In this document: positions 16,002-32,237 of the stretch, piece by piece
How the letters are laid out: each line of letters opens with the position of its first letter
Position numbering within the stretch: position 1 is the stretch's first letter
Assembly (NCBI RefSeq): GCF_009914755.1
Contig: NC_060941.1
Reading direction: 5' to 3' (one strand)
Length of the DNA stretch: 64,000 nucleotides
DNA from: the human T2T-CHM13v2.0 reference genome, Homo sapiens
The notes under the pieces: model-generated
Databases searched by the model: none
What the model was told of the DNA's origin: nothing
Seen by the model: only the letters and a program-made list of their open reading frames with translations
Made by a program: the position numbers and the translations under genes

Positions 16002-16028
16002 CTGTTTTCTCCTTTGAATCCTTCTTAG

Positions 16029-16335
16029 AGGCCGGGTGCGGTGGCTCACGCCTGTAATCCCAGCACTTTGGGAGGCTGCGGCAGGAGGATTGCTTGAGCC
16101 CAGGAGTTCCAGACCAGCCTGGGCAACATAGTGAGACCTCGTCTCTACAGATAATAATTTTAAAAATTATCCGGGCATAGTGGCATGCACCTATAGTCCC
16201 AGCTACTCAAGAGGCAGAGGCAGGAGGATCACTTGAGCCCAGGAGGCGGAGGTTGCCGTGAGCCAAGATCCCACCACTGCACTCCAGCCTGGGCGACAGA
16301 GACCCCCATGTCAAATAATAATAATAATAAATAAA
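16029..16335 (+). mobile_element. AluJ-like
   Basis: Consensus match with (AAT)n tail. Confidence 0.9.
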
Positions 16336-16781
16336 TCCTTCTCAGTCCCTTCCTCACTGTGTCCCCCTCCACTGAATTTTTCCACCTCCTCTCCCACTTC
16401 CCCCACTCCCGCTTTCCCTCTCCTTCTCTCCCCACTCCATCTTTTTCTTTCTCTGCTGTTTCTCGTCCCTCCCTCCTCTCCATCCCACAACACTGCCTAC
16501 CCTGTCCCTGCCCCACCCTGGTGCTCAGGATGTGTGAAGTGAGGGGTGGTAGCCCCCAAGACCTCAACCCCGAAGGTTAGCCTGTTGAAACCACTTTCTC
16601 CCAGCTGCCCCCCTGGCAGTTGGTGCTGCTGGGGGAAACTGGGATTGGGGGCCAGATTTTGCCTCTTTTCCTGACAAAGAGAGATGAAGAGTTCTCTCAC
16701 CAGGTGCCTGGGACTGGGGTGTGGGTGTCCCAGCCTATCCCAGCGCATCTGTTCTGCATCATGATTAATAGTGCTGCTTTC

Positions 16782-17453
<672 letters not shown>

Positions 17454-17937
17454 TAATTGGGACATTTTTGTAGCACTCTACTGTTGGCAGCAGGTGATGC
17501 TCACAACAGCCCGTGAGGGTGGATGACGTCCGCTTCACAGATGACAAAGGAGCCTCATGCTCAGACCGTGGGCTGCCAGAGCAGGTCCATGGCTGCAGCC
17601 CCACATGGACCATATTTCCCCCTTGTCACTCTTTCCACCAAGCTCCCTTGGAACTTCAGTTATTAAGCTCTCTTGGGTGGAATCCAAGTTAGAATCACAA
17701 CATGTGCCTCATATGGATTGTGCCAGTGAAAAATGACATTCTATTTAGAGGCAGGGCAGCCTGGCTTAGAGTCAGTTTAAAATATGTATTATGCTGCAAC
17801 AAATGTACCATGATCCTGTAAGATGTTCACAACAAGGGAACTGGATGTGGGGTATACTGTCTGTACTAACTTCACAAGTTTTCTGTAAATCTAAAACTGT
17901 TCCAAAATAACAAGTTCGTTTAAAATTAACTCCAGGA

Positions 17938-18261
<324 letters not shown>

Positions 18262-20449
18262 TTACCACTCTTATTTTCTGAAGAGAAAACTAAATTTAAT
18301 GTGTAAAGTGAGGACAAGTTCACCAAGTTAGTGTTTGAGTTGCCTAAAATATGTTTGCTAAAACTATTCAAAGCTTTCACATAAAACATGATCAGAAGTT
18401 CTATGCCAAAACATATGTGTGTGTATATATATATGCACTATATATACTGTATATAAAAATGCAAAATCTAAATTGCCAACCTTTTAGAAATTGCTCTGAA
18501 AGGAAAGCATTTCAAGATAATTTGCTTACCCAAAGAATATACTTTCCAAGAAAGCAAGTAATACTTAAGGTGTTCATAATCCTCATCAAATTAATTCTTG
18601 CTACTGAAAGCTTACAAGGAGCTGTTTTGATGTCGGGTGTGACAGGTTTGACTTGGCAGAAGGTGTCACTTTACTAACAACATTTTAAATAAGTGACAGA
18701 AGACAAGAAACTACACGTTAAATGCCAGAACAAAGAGTGTCTAAGTGGATGCTAAGAGTTGAAATATGGCTGGATACCTGCCCAAGAGAGCTGAAAAGTA
18801 GATGAAAGTTGGTTACCTATAAACTAGTGCACCCTAATGAATTAAAAGGTGTTGATGAGTTAACTTGTTATGCCTTCCAGATAAGACATGCAAATGGGGC
18901 TTCTTCCTCCTTCACTACTTCCAAGGGATTTAACAAGGAGACCAATGCAAATGATAAGGACTGTAGGGCTCAAGCTGGGGACAGATTGGGGAAAGGGGGA
19001 CCATCATGCCCATATAGATGTCCCTGTGCCCTGGCAGTCAAGGCTGCTGAAAAATAACAAAACCCAGAAGTCTGCGTGATGCTGCCTCTCCATTTGTCCA
19101 AAGCCTTCTTGCGGCAGTTTGCAGGCTTTTGCAAAAGCTCCAGGACCAAGGAGCTATGTTCATGCTGGAAGCTTGTTCAGGATTAGCTGTTCTTTGTGGG
19201 ATGGGTGCAGCCAGGGCCAGGTGTCCAGGGACAGTGTTTTAACAAAGGGCATGAGGTGTCTGATCTCACAGTGGAACTCCACTTGCCTTTTTTTCATCTT
19301 CTCATTCTGCTTCATGCACAGAACCAGCCCCATCCTGAAACTGACTCTAAATTACTCCCGCCCCAGGTGGAGTGCCTTTCTCGGAGTTCAACAGAGCCTT
19401 CCTGTCGCCCAAGGGACAACTCCACTGAATGCCCAAGCCACACCCAAAACCTAACAAGTAAAAACCAAATTCTGTGCTCCCCCATCCTGGGCCATTCCTG
19501 GTTTCTCTACTGCTGTTGGTGATACCACCATCAGCTTGTCCATCATGACCCTGGCCAGTTCCTCCCACAACCCTCCACAGCACCCAGGGACCTCACCTCC
19601 ATTCCATCCGACACAGATCTCCTCACCACAAACCTTGGTTTTGCAACAGCAGCCATGAGACCTTTACACCCTCCGCCCTTCATCCTGTCCCCCACTGAGG
19701 CCCCAGAGCCATTCCTTAAAGCAGCGCGCCACAAACTATAACCCACAAGCCAATTCTGGTACCCAGCCTGTTTTGCACAGCCAGTGAACTGACAATGATC
19801 TTTTCATACAGCCAGAAAAACAAAACAAAACAAAAAACAACAAAAAAAAACCCCACCATTCTGAGCATGTGACTTCCATGTTCAAGATGTCTCATGTTCA
19901 GAAAGGCCCCTGGAAAAGGAGGAAGGGGAGCTGGGCACAAAGGGAGACCCTCTCAGCTGAGCTCCTCCCATCCAGACATTTTCCTGGACTTCCTATCCAA
20001 TGACTTCCCTTAGCTTCTTATCAGCCACCCCTGTCTGCCCAGGAGGCTGGAAGATGTGGCCTTTTAACTGGGCACAGCTCTGTCCTCTATCATATCAGGG
20101 CTCTGTTCCCAAGGAGGGTAGAGAGAATGGACACCAGGTGGACCCTCAGCAGTCTGTGCCACAGAGGGAGTGTTTGCAATTTCCAGACTAAAAGTCCCCA
20201 TGTGCTTGACGGGGTATGTGACTACAACGTGATGCTTGACTTTTCCTCATATGACCAGAGCCACTTTGTCCATCTGGTACAATGTCAGCTATCTGCTAGG
20301 GGCCCTCCAGGATTCCCAGTCAATTCCATATCTGCATCACCACCATTGGCACTAAATAAAATAAAATACTCAAGTTCCTGCTGGTGAGCATGAGCAGTGC
20401 TACACTGGGCCCTTCAACCAAGGTGACATGATAATGACTGAAAATAATC

Positions 20450-20700
20450 ACTGCCACTTATTGGGGACGTCTCATCTGCCAGGCATGGTACAAAGTGCTT
20501 TAAATAAGCATTCAACAATTTCATGCTGACAGAAGCCCTGTGAGCCAGTGGAGCTACTACTATGCCCATTATACAGGGGAGAAAACTGAGGCAGAGAGAG
20601 GTTAGGTAATTCGCTCAGCCTCACACAACCAATAGGTGGTGGAGCCAGGATTTGGGCCCCATCTGCCTGACTCTCTAGAGGCTCTATCTTCCAGTCTTCC
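20450..20700 (-). mobile_element. MIR (others near 300-430, 1190-1350, 22290-22410, 29420-29600, 34250-34370, 35950-36060)
   Basis: Core cccatt.tacag..gag.aaactgaggc.cagagaggtta. Confidence 0.7.
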
Positions 20701-20977
20701 AGAGTTGAGTCTAAGCCATGAATAGGACAATTAGACAGCAGAGGAAACCCATTCAGCCACCATGTGCATGAAGAGTAAGGAATTTCTGTCATACAGAGGG
20801 GAGTGAATTCACTGAGCTGAGAGCTGAGGAACCATTGATCTGATGGCTGAGACACCACTGGGAAGACTGGAGAGGCTTTTCTGGGCATGCAGTGCCAGGC
20901 ACAGGAGGAGCTGAGGGAAGATGACTAAGAGGTACTGGCAAAGAATTCAGAAATTCTGATGGAAGCTTTACATGTTA

Positions 20978-22064
20978 CCATCACATCCATCCATCTATCC
21001 ACCCATCCATCCACCCATATCTTCCTCCCTCCACCCAATCATGCATACATCCAGTCATCTATACACCACCCACCCACCCATCCATCCATCCATCCATCCC
21101 TTCATCCATCCCATCATCCATCCAATTATACATACATCCAATCATATATCTGTACATAATCCATTCTTCCCTCGGTTCATCCATCCATCCATTCATCCAT
21201 CCATCCACCCATCCCTTCCTTCATCCTTCCTATCATCCATCCAATCATATATCTGTACATAATCCATTCTTCCCTCGGTTCATCCATCCATCCATTCATC
21301 CATCCATCCACCCATCCCTTCCTTCATCCTTCCTATCATCCATCCAATCATACATATATCCAATCATACATCTGCACATCACCAGCTCATCCATCTATCC
21401 ATTTATCCATCCATCCTTCCTTCCATCCATCATTCATCCATCATACATACATCTAACCATACATCTCTACATCATTCATTCTTCCATCGATTCATCCAAT
21501 TATCCATCATTCCTTCCTCCATCCATCCCATTATCCATTTGATCATACATATATCATCTATACATCATCCATTCATCCATCCATCCATCCATCCACCCAT
21601 ATCTTCATCCAATCAATCATACATACATCGAATCATCTACACATCACCCATCCATCCATCCATCCATTCATCTATCCACCCATCCATCCATCCATCCATC
21701 CATTCATCTATCCACCCATCCATCCATCCATCCATCCATCCATCCATGTAACCATCCAGTCATATATCCAATTACACATCCATCCAGTTATACATTCATA
21801 CATGCATCTAATCATTCAATTATACATACACACATCCATATAATTCTACATCCAATTATACCTCCATCCAATTACACATTCATACACCCACCTAATAAAT
21901 TATTAATTCATATATCCATCCATATAATTATACATCAATTATACATCCATCTAATCATTCAGTAATTCACCCACCATCCAGTCATCTATCCAATAATACA
22001 TTCATCCAATCATCCATCCATCCATCCACCCATTCATCCATCCATCCGTCCGTCCACCCATCAT
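20978..22064. repeat. Degenerate (CATC/TCCA)n array with internal 103-bp duplication (21135-21237, 21238-21340)
   Basis: Direct reading; + strand almost G-free. Confidence 0.95.
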
Positions 22065-23468
22065 GGTATGAGCCATGATTTACCACGATGGTCCCCTGTG
22101 GACAGCCCAGGTGGGGCAGAACTGAAGGGAAGCCCAGGGCTGCCCCCATAAACATTTGCCTCCTTTACATGGATGAGAACTAGATCCACATGTATAAATC
22201 CTCATGATTTGAAGGTGCTTTTACCAACATTCACTCATGGGATTCTCCCAGGAGCTCTAGGAGGAGGCAGGTAGAGTTGAGGTCATCTCACGCATTTTAC
22301 AGATGAGGAAACGGAGGCCCTGAGAGGCAGGTCCAAGGCCACCTGACCAGAAAGAAGTGGAACTGGGACTTGAACCCAGCCATCTTGCCCCTTGGTCCCA
22401 TGCTCTCTAGCCTGTAACTCCTGCTTCCTGGTGGGGCATCTCCAGGAGGACCCTATCGGCTGGCCATGGGCCTGCCCTGGAGTCTTTTGCTCTGTGTGGC
22501 CATCCTTCCTCCCTCAGGAGAGTGTGTGCTCCCAGAGCACAGGCTGTATCTTCTGAGCATTTTGTCCCTTCCCAGTACCTAGCACTCAGCTCTGTATACA
22601 TTGGGCTCTCAAGAATTCTCAACCTTCCAGAGTGTAAGGCCTTGACCTGCTCAGCCCTGGATACTGCATGATGCATTGATAAGCCCATAAAATAACCAGG
22701 GCAGATTGACTCCCAGTGGCCAAAGTGCCACAGGGAAGGGACAATTCAGCCCTTCTAGGAGGAGGAGGAGGTAGTTTTCTCATTTCTATTAAGGCAACAA
22801 AAGCTGCCTTACTAAGGACATTCTTGGTGGAGGGCGTGACTGTCAACCACTGTGATCATTTGGGCCTCTCTTGCCCAGGCTTCCCATTCTGAAAGGACAG
22901 TTTTATTGTAGGTACACATGGCTGCCATTTCAAATGTAACTCACAGCTTGTCCATCAGTCCTTGGAGGTCTTTCTATGAAAGGAGCTTGGTGGCGTCCAA
23001 ACACCACCCAATGTCCACTTAGAAGTAAGCACCGTGTCTGCCCTGAGCTGACTCCTTTTCCAAGGAAGGGGTTGGATCGCTGAGTGTTTTTCCAGGTGTC
23101 TACTTGTTGTTAATTAATAGCAATGACAAAGCAGAAGGTTCATGCGTAGCTCGGCTTTCTGGTATTTGCTGCCCGTTGACCAATGGAAGATAAACCTTTG
23201 CCTCAGGTGGCACCACTAGCTGGTTAAGAGGCACTTTGTCCTTTCACCCAGGAGCAAACGCACATCACCTGTGTCCTCATCTGATGGCCCTGGTGTGGGG
23301 CACAGTCGTGTTGGCAGGGAGGGAGGTGGGGTTGGTCCCCTTTGTGGGTTTGTTGCGAGGCCGTGTTCCAGCTGTTTCCACAGGGAGCGATTTTCAGCTC
23401 CACAGGACACTGCTCCCCAGTTCCTCCTGAGAACAAAAGGGGGCGCTGGGGAGAGGCCACCGTTCTGA

Positions 23469-23633
<165 letters not shown>

Positions 23634-24149
23634 TGAGCCTCCCTCCTGGCTGCATCTGCTGCTCCCCCTGGCTGAGAGATGTGCTCACTCCTTCGGTGCT
23701 TTGCAGGACAGCGTGGTGGGAGCTGAGCCTTGCGTCGATGCCTTGCTTGCTGGTGCTGAGTGTGGGCACCTTCATCCCGTGTGTGCTCTGGAGGCAGCCA
23801 CCCTTGGACAGTCCCGCGCACAGCTCCACAAAGCCCCGCTCCATACGATTGTCCTCCCACACCCCCTTCAAAAGCCCCCTCCTCTCTCTTTCTTCAGGGG
23901 CCAGTAGGTCCCAGAGCAGCCATTTGGCTGAGGGAAGGGGCAGGTCAGTGGACATCTGATCTTGGTTTAGTATCCTTCATTTTGGGGGCTCTGGGTGTGG
24001 CCTGGGCCTCTGGACTTTGGCCACGGTGTTTGTTCCAGCCCTTCTCCTAACCTGTCCTTTCCAGACACTCGGCATCTAGGTTATTAGCACCTCGCATACT
24101 TTCTGACATGCTCCTCAGTCCTGATTTTGACCATCTTCTCTTGCTTCCC

Positions 24150-24610
24150 ATCTGTGTCAGTCAAGACTGCATTTGGCTGTAAGAAACAGAAACCCCAACT
24201 AACTGTGGCATTTACATGAAGAGGTTTACTTTTCTCACATAATCAGATGTCTAGACTTGGCCAGCACCTCAAGGGTCATTGATGCTCTCCTGTCTTTATT
24301 TTCTGTCATCTTTAGTGGTTGGATTGTTGCCTCATGGTTACAAAGTGGCTGCTGCACTTCCAGGCATCACATCTGCCTTTGAAGCAGGAACAAGTTGCAA
24401 AGTAAAGTGGCCAAAAGGGCCCTGAAACTAAATGTGTCCCCTTAGGAAAGCAGGAGTTTTCTTGCAAGTGGCAATCTTCTGCTTATGTCTCATTGGCCAG
24501 AGCTGGGTCTTACGGCCACCCCTTGCTGCGAGCAAGGCTGGGACATTGAGCATTTTGCCGTCCAACCTCTTTAGCAGAATAAACCAAGGGGGAAGAACGT
24601 TAATAGTGGC
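24150..24610. mobile_element. MLT1-like MaLR LTR remnant
   Basis: ggctgtaagaaacagaaacc..., tctcattggccagagctgggtc motifs. Confidence 0.5.
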
Positions 24611-25994
24611 TTTTGAGTCACTAGTTGGCAGTATCTGCCCCTCTATCTTTCCATCCTCCCCATGGAGTTTCAAGGTTCCTTTCTCAGTACTTCTTCAGGC
24701 TCTGCACGTTCATTTGGATCTTGTGTCTTGGGGTGAAAAACTGGCCCAAGTGTCTCCCCAAGCATCCACCTTTGGATTAATTTGGAAAATGGCTGTCAAG
24801 TGCCCGCCTCTTGCTTGGTATAATGCTACAGCTTTAGAGGACGCAGCAGGCATGGGCCTTGCCGCTGAGGTTCTTAGCCTCATGAGAATATCCAGATCAG
24901 ATTCTCTTGGCTCCTTCTTAGAGCCAGTGATGCAAGACACTTCCTGCTCATCTTGTCGGGACGGTTTTACAAGTTGCCTGCCATCCTGAGAAAGTCTACA
25001 AAACGATGCCAGACCTCATGCCAGCTTCCCAAGCCTTGACTCTCAGTGCTCCCTCAACAGGATTCTGGAAGAATCTCCCAAACAAGTCGCAATCCCCTCT
25101 GGACCCTGTGCAGGCATGAGACTCAAGAGCATTGGCTCCCACCCCTGGTGGAGGGAACACTGCTGGGGCTGGGATCTTGCCTGGTTGCTCCGCCTGCACC
25201 CAAGACAACCATAATTAAAATGTCCTTCATTGAACTTGGAAAGCCTTCAAAGCTGACAACTCCTTATGTGTACCCGGAAAGGCCTGGGAGTGTGCCAGGG
25301 CATTGCTCGGGAGGGACGCTGATTTGGAAGCATTTACCTGATGAGAGACTGACAGCAGCTCCTGGTAGCCGAGCTTTCCCTCCTGCCTCTGCTGTGAAGG
25401 TGGACCCATCCAACAGTCAAATGCCTGACTCTGGACAGGAGCGGACCTATTTATTGCCATGCAAGGGACTCTGCACTTTTGAATTGTGGGTCATGGGCTT
25501 GGATTTAGGGGTTAGAGCTGGGAGAAGTCTTGGAAGTCACCTAGAGATGACACTGCCATTTTGCAGATGAGGAAACCGTCCAATCAAAATGGACCAAGGA
25601 CTTGCCCAAAGCCTCACAGCAAAACCATAGGCCCCCGCACTAACCCCAGAGTCCCTGTGCTGTCTTAAGAATCAAATAGTTGTAAGCAATCATCTGGTTT
25701 TCAGTATTTCTTCTTTTAAAATGCCTGGGGCCATGCCCAGCAGTCTGTTTCACTGCAGCGTTTACACAGGGCTGCCGGGCTTTCCTGGTGGATGAGCTGG
25801 GCGGTTCATGAGCCAGAACCACTCAGCAGCATGTCAGTGTGCTTCCTGGGGAGCTGGTAGCAGGGGCTCCGGGCCCTACTTCAGGGCTGCTTTCTGGCAT
25901 ATGGCTGATCCCCTCCTCACTCCTCCTCCCTGCATTGCTCCTGCGCAAGAAGCAAAGGTGAGGGGCTGGGTATGGCTCGTCCTGGCCCCTCTAA

Positions 25995-26159
<165 letters not shown>

Positions 26160-29100
26160 TGACCTGTGACAGAAGTGAGGGAGCTTTGCGTGTTTATCCT
26201 CCTGTGGGGCAGGAACATGGGTGGATTCTGGCTCCTGGGAATCTTGGGTTGTGAGTAGCTCGATGCCTTGGTGCTCAGTTACCTCCCTGGCTGCCTGCCA
26301 GCCTCTCAGAGCATTTAGGGCCTTCTGGACTTCTAGATGCTCCTCATCTTGCCTCAGTCAGCGCGTCAGTTCCAGAGACTTCTCTGCAGGGTTTTCTGGG
26401 GCAGGTGGTGGCAGACCCGTGCCTTCTTGACACCTGAGGTCAGTCCACCCTCCTGCTCAGACTGCCCAGCACAGGGTCACCTCCCAAGGGGTGGACCCCA
26501 AGATCACCTGAGCGCACAGAGGGTGCAGATGACTGGACCACACCTTTTGGTGATCTTAATGAGGTGGTCCCAGAGGAGCTCAGACATGCAATCTAGCATC
26601 CAGTTCTGGGACTCTGTCTCCTTTTCAAACGTATTCATGTAGAACAGGCATGACGAGAATGCCTTGTCAACATGGGTGATGGGGAATCAATCAGACAGGG
26701 CGCCGGGCTCAAGGCTGCAGTCACCCAAGAGTGGCTCAGCCCACCAGGCCCTAGGAAACGCCTGCACAGCCTGGAGCTCCTGGAGTCATTTCCTTCATGT
26801 CTTCTTCACTGCACTTACGTAAAGATGCCAGCCATTGGTTTGGTGATTTGGAGGGTGCCCAGTTGCCCAACAAGAAATGCAGAAGAGGCCTAGCCAGGAT
26901 TTCACCAGCAGTGGAGAGTAGAGAAGATGTGGCCAGAAAAGAGTTTCCTTTCCCTCCTAAAGATGGTACTCCCTGCAGCTACTGGGGAAGCCTGCAGCAT
27001 TCTCTAGGGCTCTGTGTGTTGAGAGCAGCCCCACCCTGGCCCCTTCTGAGTGCATTTCTGCTTTGTGACTTGATCCGTGAAGTCCCCTGAGATGGGCAGA
27101 GGGGATGTCCTCGAAGCTGGGGCAGAGCCTCATCCTTGAACGTGAAGGACGTTTGAAGACTGTGGCATGATCACAGGATGAGATCACAGGGAACTTGAGT
27201 TTCTCTCCTCCTCTCCCTTCACAGTTATTTCACTGAGGGAAATCCCTCCCCTGCCCAGAATGAAAACTCTAGCCAACTCTTGACTTTTCCATCACTCCAA
27301 AGTAGTTGAAAGTACATTAGTCTCCACAGTGGCAAAACAGTGTGCAAAAGCTAAATAATTAGAACAGCCAGTCCCATGTGACAGTCAAAGCTTCTAACTC
27401 CATTCAAAGTTGCAGCCATTCCCCTCGAGGGCTGGCAGGGAGGGGAGGGGTAAGAGAAACAGGAAGGTTCTTACTGAGTTGGTCCTGGTGTGAGCTGCGT
27501 CACACTCCCTGCAGAGGTTTCAAGGAGACTCTCTCTCTCTCTGTCTCCATGGGGACCTTATTTGAATTCTTCTACTCTTACCCCAGCCTGCCATCTCCAG
27601 CTATCCTCCCCTGAAGAGCCCTTCTGCTGCGCTGGATTCTGGTGGCCATGTCATCTCCTCGGCCCCGTGGGAGTCTGAAGATCTGGCTGCAGCCTCACCT
27701 CTGAGGTCCTGCTAGTTGCCACCTCTTAAACATGATCTGAGGCTCCCATGCACTCTGACCTGTGCCCACATGGGGCCCACGGGAAACACGCTGGCAAGCA
27801 AACTGTGGGTGTGCAGACGGTTCTCAGGGCTGCAGCACCTGTCCTTTGCTCTGCCCCCAAAGCAAGGCCAGCCCATCTTCCATCCTCTAGTGTTCCTTGG
27901 TGGGGCCCTGACCACAGTCCACCAGGTCCCTAACCAGAGGGGACACACACCAGGTGTCCTCAATGTATTGCCTTGAAACAGTTGTGCTGGGACTGTGATG
28001 GGGGGTGGCCATGTAGCCACCCCCACCACCCCCAAGCCACTCTCTCCAAGGAAATCCTCCTAAAGATCCCTTTACATCCTCCATGTGGTGGGGAGGTTCT
28101 AGAGTTGGGTGCATGTGTCTTCAGCTACTGACAATGCAGACCTTAGTTGGCACCTCGCTCTGGCCTATCCTGTTTGCTGTTCTTGGCGCTCCAGTGAAAC
28201 TCCCCATGGGCCATCCAGTTGGGGTGCAGTGTGGCCACCCCCTTGCAGGTTCCTGCCTTGCTGGAGAGCACAGGGCCCTCCTGGCTCTTGTAAAACACTC
28301 CCCATGGTACAGAGAGGCCAGCAGTGATGTGAGGCCCAACCTCCCTCCATGGTGTTCCCAAGCAGCTCCCTTTCTGGGGTCAAGGGGTGGCAAAGACAGT
28401 GCAGCGTCCAATTTCTGACTCAAGCCGGGCCTGGCTATCGCAGCTCTGCACTGTGTGTGACAGCAAGGCAACTCACCCAGTGCCGTGGCAGTGACCGTGT
28501 CCGAGGAAGCCTCCTCACACCCTCTGTCTCAAGGACTCTGGCATTTAGCTGGACTTGCTGTAGCTCTGAGCCTTTCTGCCATTGCCATCACCTTGTCAGA
28601 AACTCAGGCCGAATCTGCACTCAGAGTTGTGCCCAGGCAGTTGAGCCAACACTTGCTCAGCGATATTGTCACATGACAAGGCACTGTCACCACTGGGCGT
28701 CGTGGGTAGCGCAGTGTCGGCTGGATGGACCCGGAGGGTGTCTGTGTCATGCTAGTGCTAGTGATGGGAGCCCCGTGAGCCCATTGCCCGCCCTCCCATG
28801 CCCTCAGCAGCTGCCTGGGGACAGCCAATGGCCTGGGTGTTTCTGAGGCTACCACATGGCTTCCAGGAAACTCGAGAACCTTTCTCTCCCTTGCCTACAC
28901 TCTTCACACAGGCCTGTGCTGGCCAGCGGTGGGGATCCGGCATTCCTATCTTAGGTGCAGAAAGTGACTGACTCATTGCAGGCCTGGGAGATAAGACTGA
29001 TGGCCCAGCCAGCAAGATGTATGGATTTCTCAGAGGCAGTGGCCTCTGTCATTGTCCTCAGGAAATGCTGGTGATTCTGGTGGCCTGAGGTCAATGCATG

Positions 29101-29906
29101 TCAACGTGGCCAACTTGCCTTATAAACTTTTTTTCTGGACAATTGCGTGCACTGTCCTGTAACAGTGTCCTGTTGTTTATGATGCAGAAATAGGTGTTTT
29201 TAAAGCCTATTGATTTTGGTACTATTAATGTGGTCAGGAACTTTCTCAGTCTTTCTTGTTTGGGGTGAGCTGTGGCTTCCTAAACAGGAACCCAAGACAC
29301 CCCCAAAAGCTGCTCACCAGCACTGCCAGCCTCCCTCTTACCAAGTAGCACCCGTTCAGGACATTCTGCGAAAGGCATTTGCCCAGAAGTTGGGAGGAAG
29401 GAAATGTAACATTTTGGGGCACCTACCATATGCCAGGCACCAGGCTAAACGTGTTCACACAAATTCTCTTACTAACCCTCACCATCCTTCTACAAGACAA
29501 ACTAGTATCTTCATCTTGGGGTTCAAGATGAGGAAATGGAGGCTCAGAGAGGTTGAATGAATGCCGGTGCCTGGATATGAACCCCATCTGCCTGACTCCG
29601 CAACCCAGGCAAAGTCTTTCCTTGAACTTCCCAGCAGCCACTGCTTAGACACAGCCTCCACAACCATGGCTCAGCAGCAAATTGCTTCTCTGACCTCACT
29701 CAGCCTGTGTGTCCTTGTTGAGTGAGGCATTCAGGACCCTGGTCCCAAAGTGGAGAAAGTCTTTCCTACTAGGTCATAGCTACACCTGCATGTGGGTGCT
29801 GTGCCTTTTGTTTAGTGAACTTTTATCACCAGCATCCTCAGCAATGACATTTGCAGAGAAGCCAGAGCTGAGGCACCTTGGTATTCTTGGGATGTGACTT
29901 TCCTGA

Positions 29907-30077
<171 letters not shown>

Positions 30078-30354
30078 TGAACTGGAATTGCCTGCCATGA
30101 CTTGGGGGTTGGGGGGAGGGACATGGGGTGGGCTCTGCCCTGAAAAGATCATTTGGACCTGAGCTCTAATTCACAAGTCCAGGAGATTTTAGGGAGTTGG
30201 TTCTTATCAAAGGTTGGCTACTCAGATATAGAAAGAGCCCTAGTGGTTTTTTTCTAATACCATTTCTGGGTAATTCCTAAGGCATTTAGTGTTCTGAAAG
30301 ATGCTAGCCTTGTCCAGCCTGGGAGTTGAGAATGAATGTCTAACAGAAACTCTA

Positions 30355-30648
<294 letters not shown>

Positions 30649-31822
30649 AAACTCAAATATGTGTGACAGGCGATTCTCACTGCAGGCTGCCCTGTGGCTG
30701 ATCCAGGAGCAAGGCCTTAACCATGTCATCCCCAAGCGATTGCTTGTAAACTTTCTTCTGTGCAGCCTTCAACCCTTATTATGATTTTCTTCTCAGGAAC
30801 CAAACTGCTGTATTCAAGAAAGGCAGCTTTGTGTAATCATTTATCATAAATATCTTAAGAAAAATCCTAGAGATTCCTAATTTTAGGAAATGGGAGACCT
30901 ATGGTACTGATATAATGTGGGCTGGGCTTGTTTTCTGTCATTTGCTAGATAAATGAACTTGAGAGCCTACTGTAAAATGTGGAAGCTTCTAGATTGCAGA
31001 AGGGCTGGAAAGACACTGTTCTTTTCTCCCGAGTGATGGGATCTGTCCAGTATTTAGAGCTGCCTCTGAGGCCATCTGATTCTAGGAGACTCTGCCTCGT
31101 TGAGGATATTTTGAGGCCTAACTACACATTCCTGCCCCCAGAGAGGTCACAGCCTATAGCAGGCTGATGTTTCTCATGTCACATGGCACAGAAAGGCACA
31201 TTTTCGTTCTCAGGCTAACAAAGAGCTTCAAAAACTATTAGAAGGGACAGTGGCTATAAGAGAAGAACCTCAGTCAATGTGTGAAATTAACTAGGAACCT
31301 GGCTCCTGTTTCTTTTAGGTCATGTTTTTCAGCTTAGGTAAAACTAGAGGCTTTGATAAAGCATGACCTCTAGAAATCATTGCTTTTCATAAATGGAAGT
31401 GGGTTTGAGTTTTTTCTACTGATTGTTAGTGCAGGTGATGTCTACATGCCCCCAGAACATATTCCATGCAACAAAAAAAGCCCAGGTCACCGTCTTTGCT
31501 GGGAACTTGACTTTTGTGCTCACTGAATTTTAAGCTTTCTGACAGCAGCCTGGAATCATGGAGGGATAAAGTACCTATTAGTAAGATGGAAAAAGGTGTT
31601 TCAGGTTGGAGCTGCAGTCTGTTGAGAGTAAGCTATGGGAAGGCCTGTATACGAGGGGTGGACTTTTCTTCTGTAAGTGTCCAGAGACCAGGCCTCCTGA
31701 AGAGGGCATGGGGGCTTAACTTACCTGGACTACTGTGTTTACAATACTCATTTATCTTGAACTCCTCCTAACCCCTGAGAATTGCTACATTTAGTATTTG
31801 CTGAGTACTTCCTAGCATCCTA

Positions 31823-32237
<415 letters not shown>

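Noticed and set aside
20959-21751. His/Pro/Ser/Ile-rich ORFs
   Set aside because: Translations of the CATC repeat.
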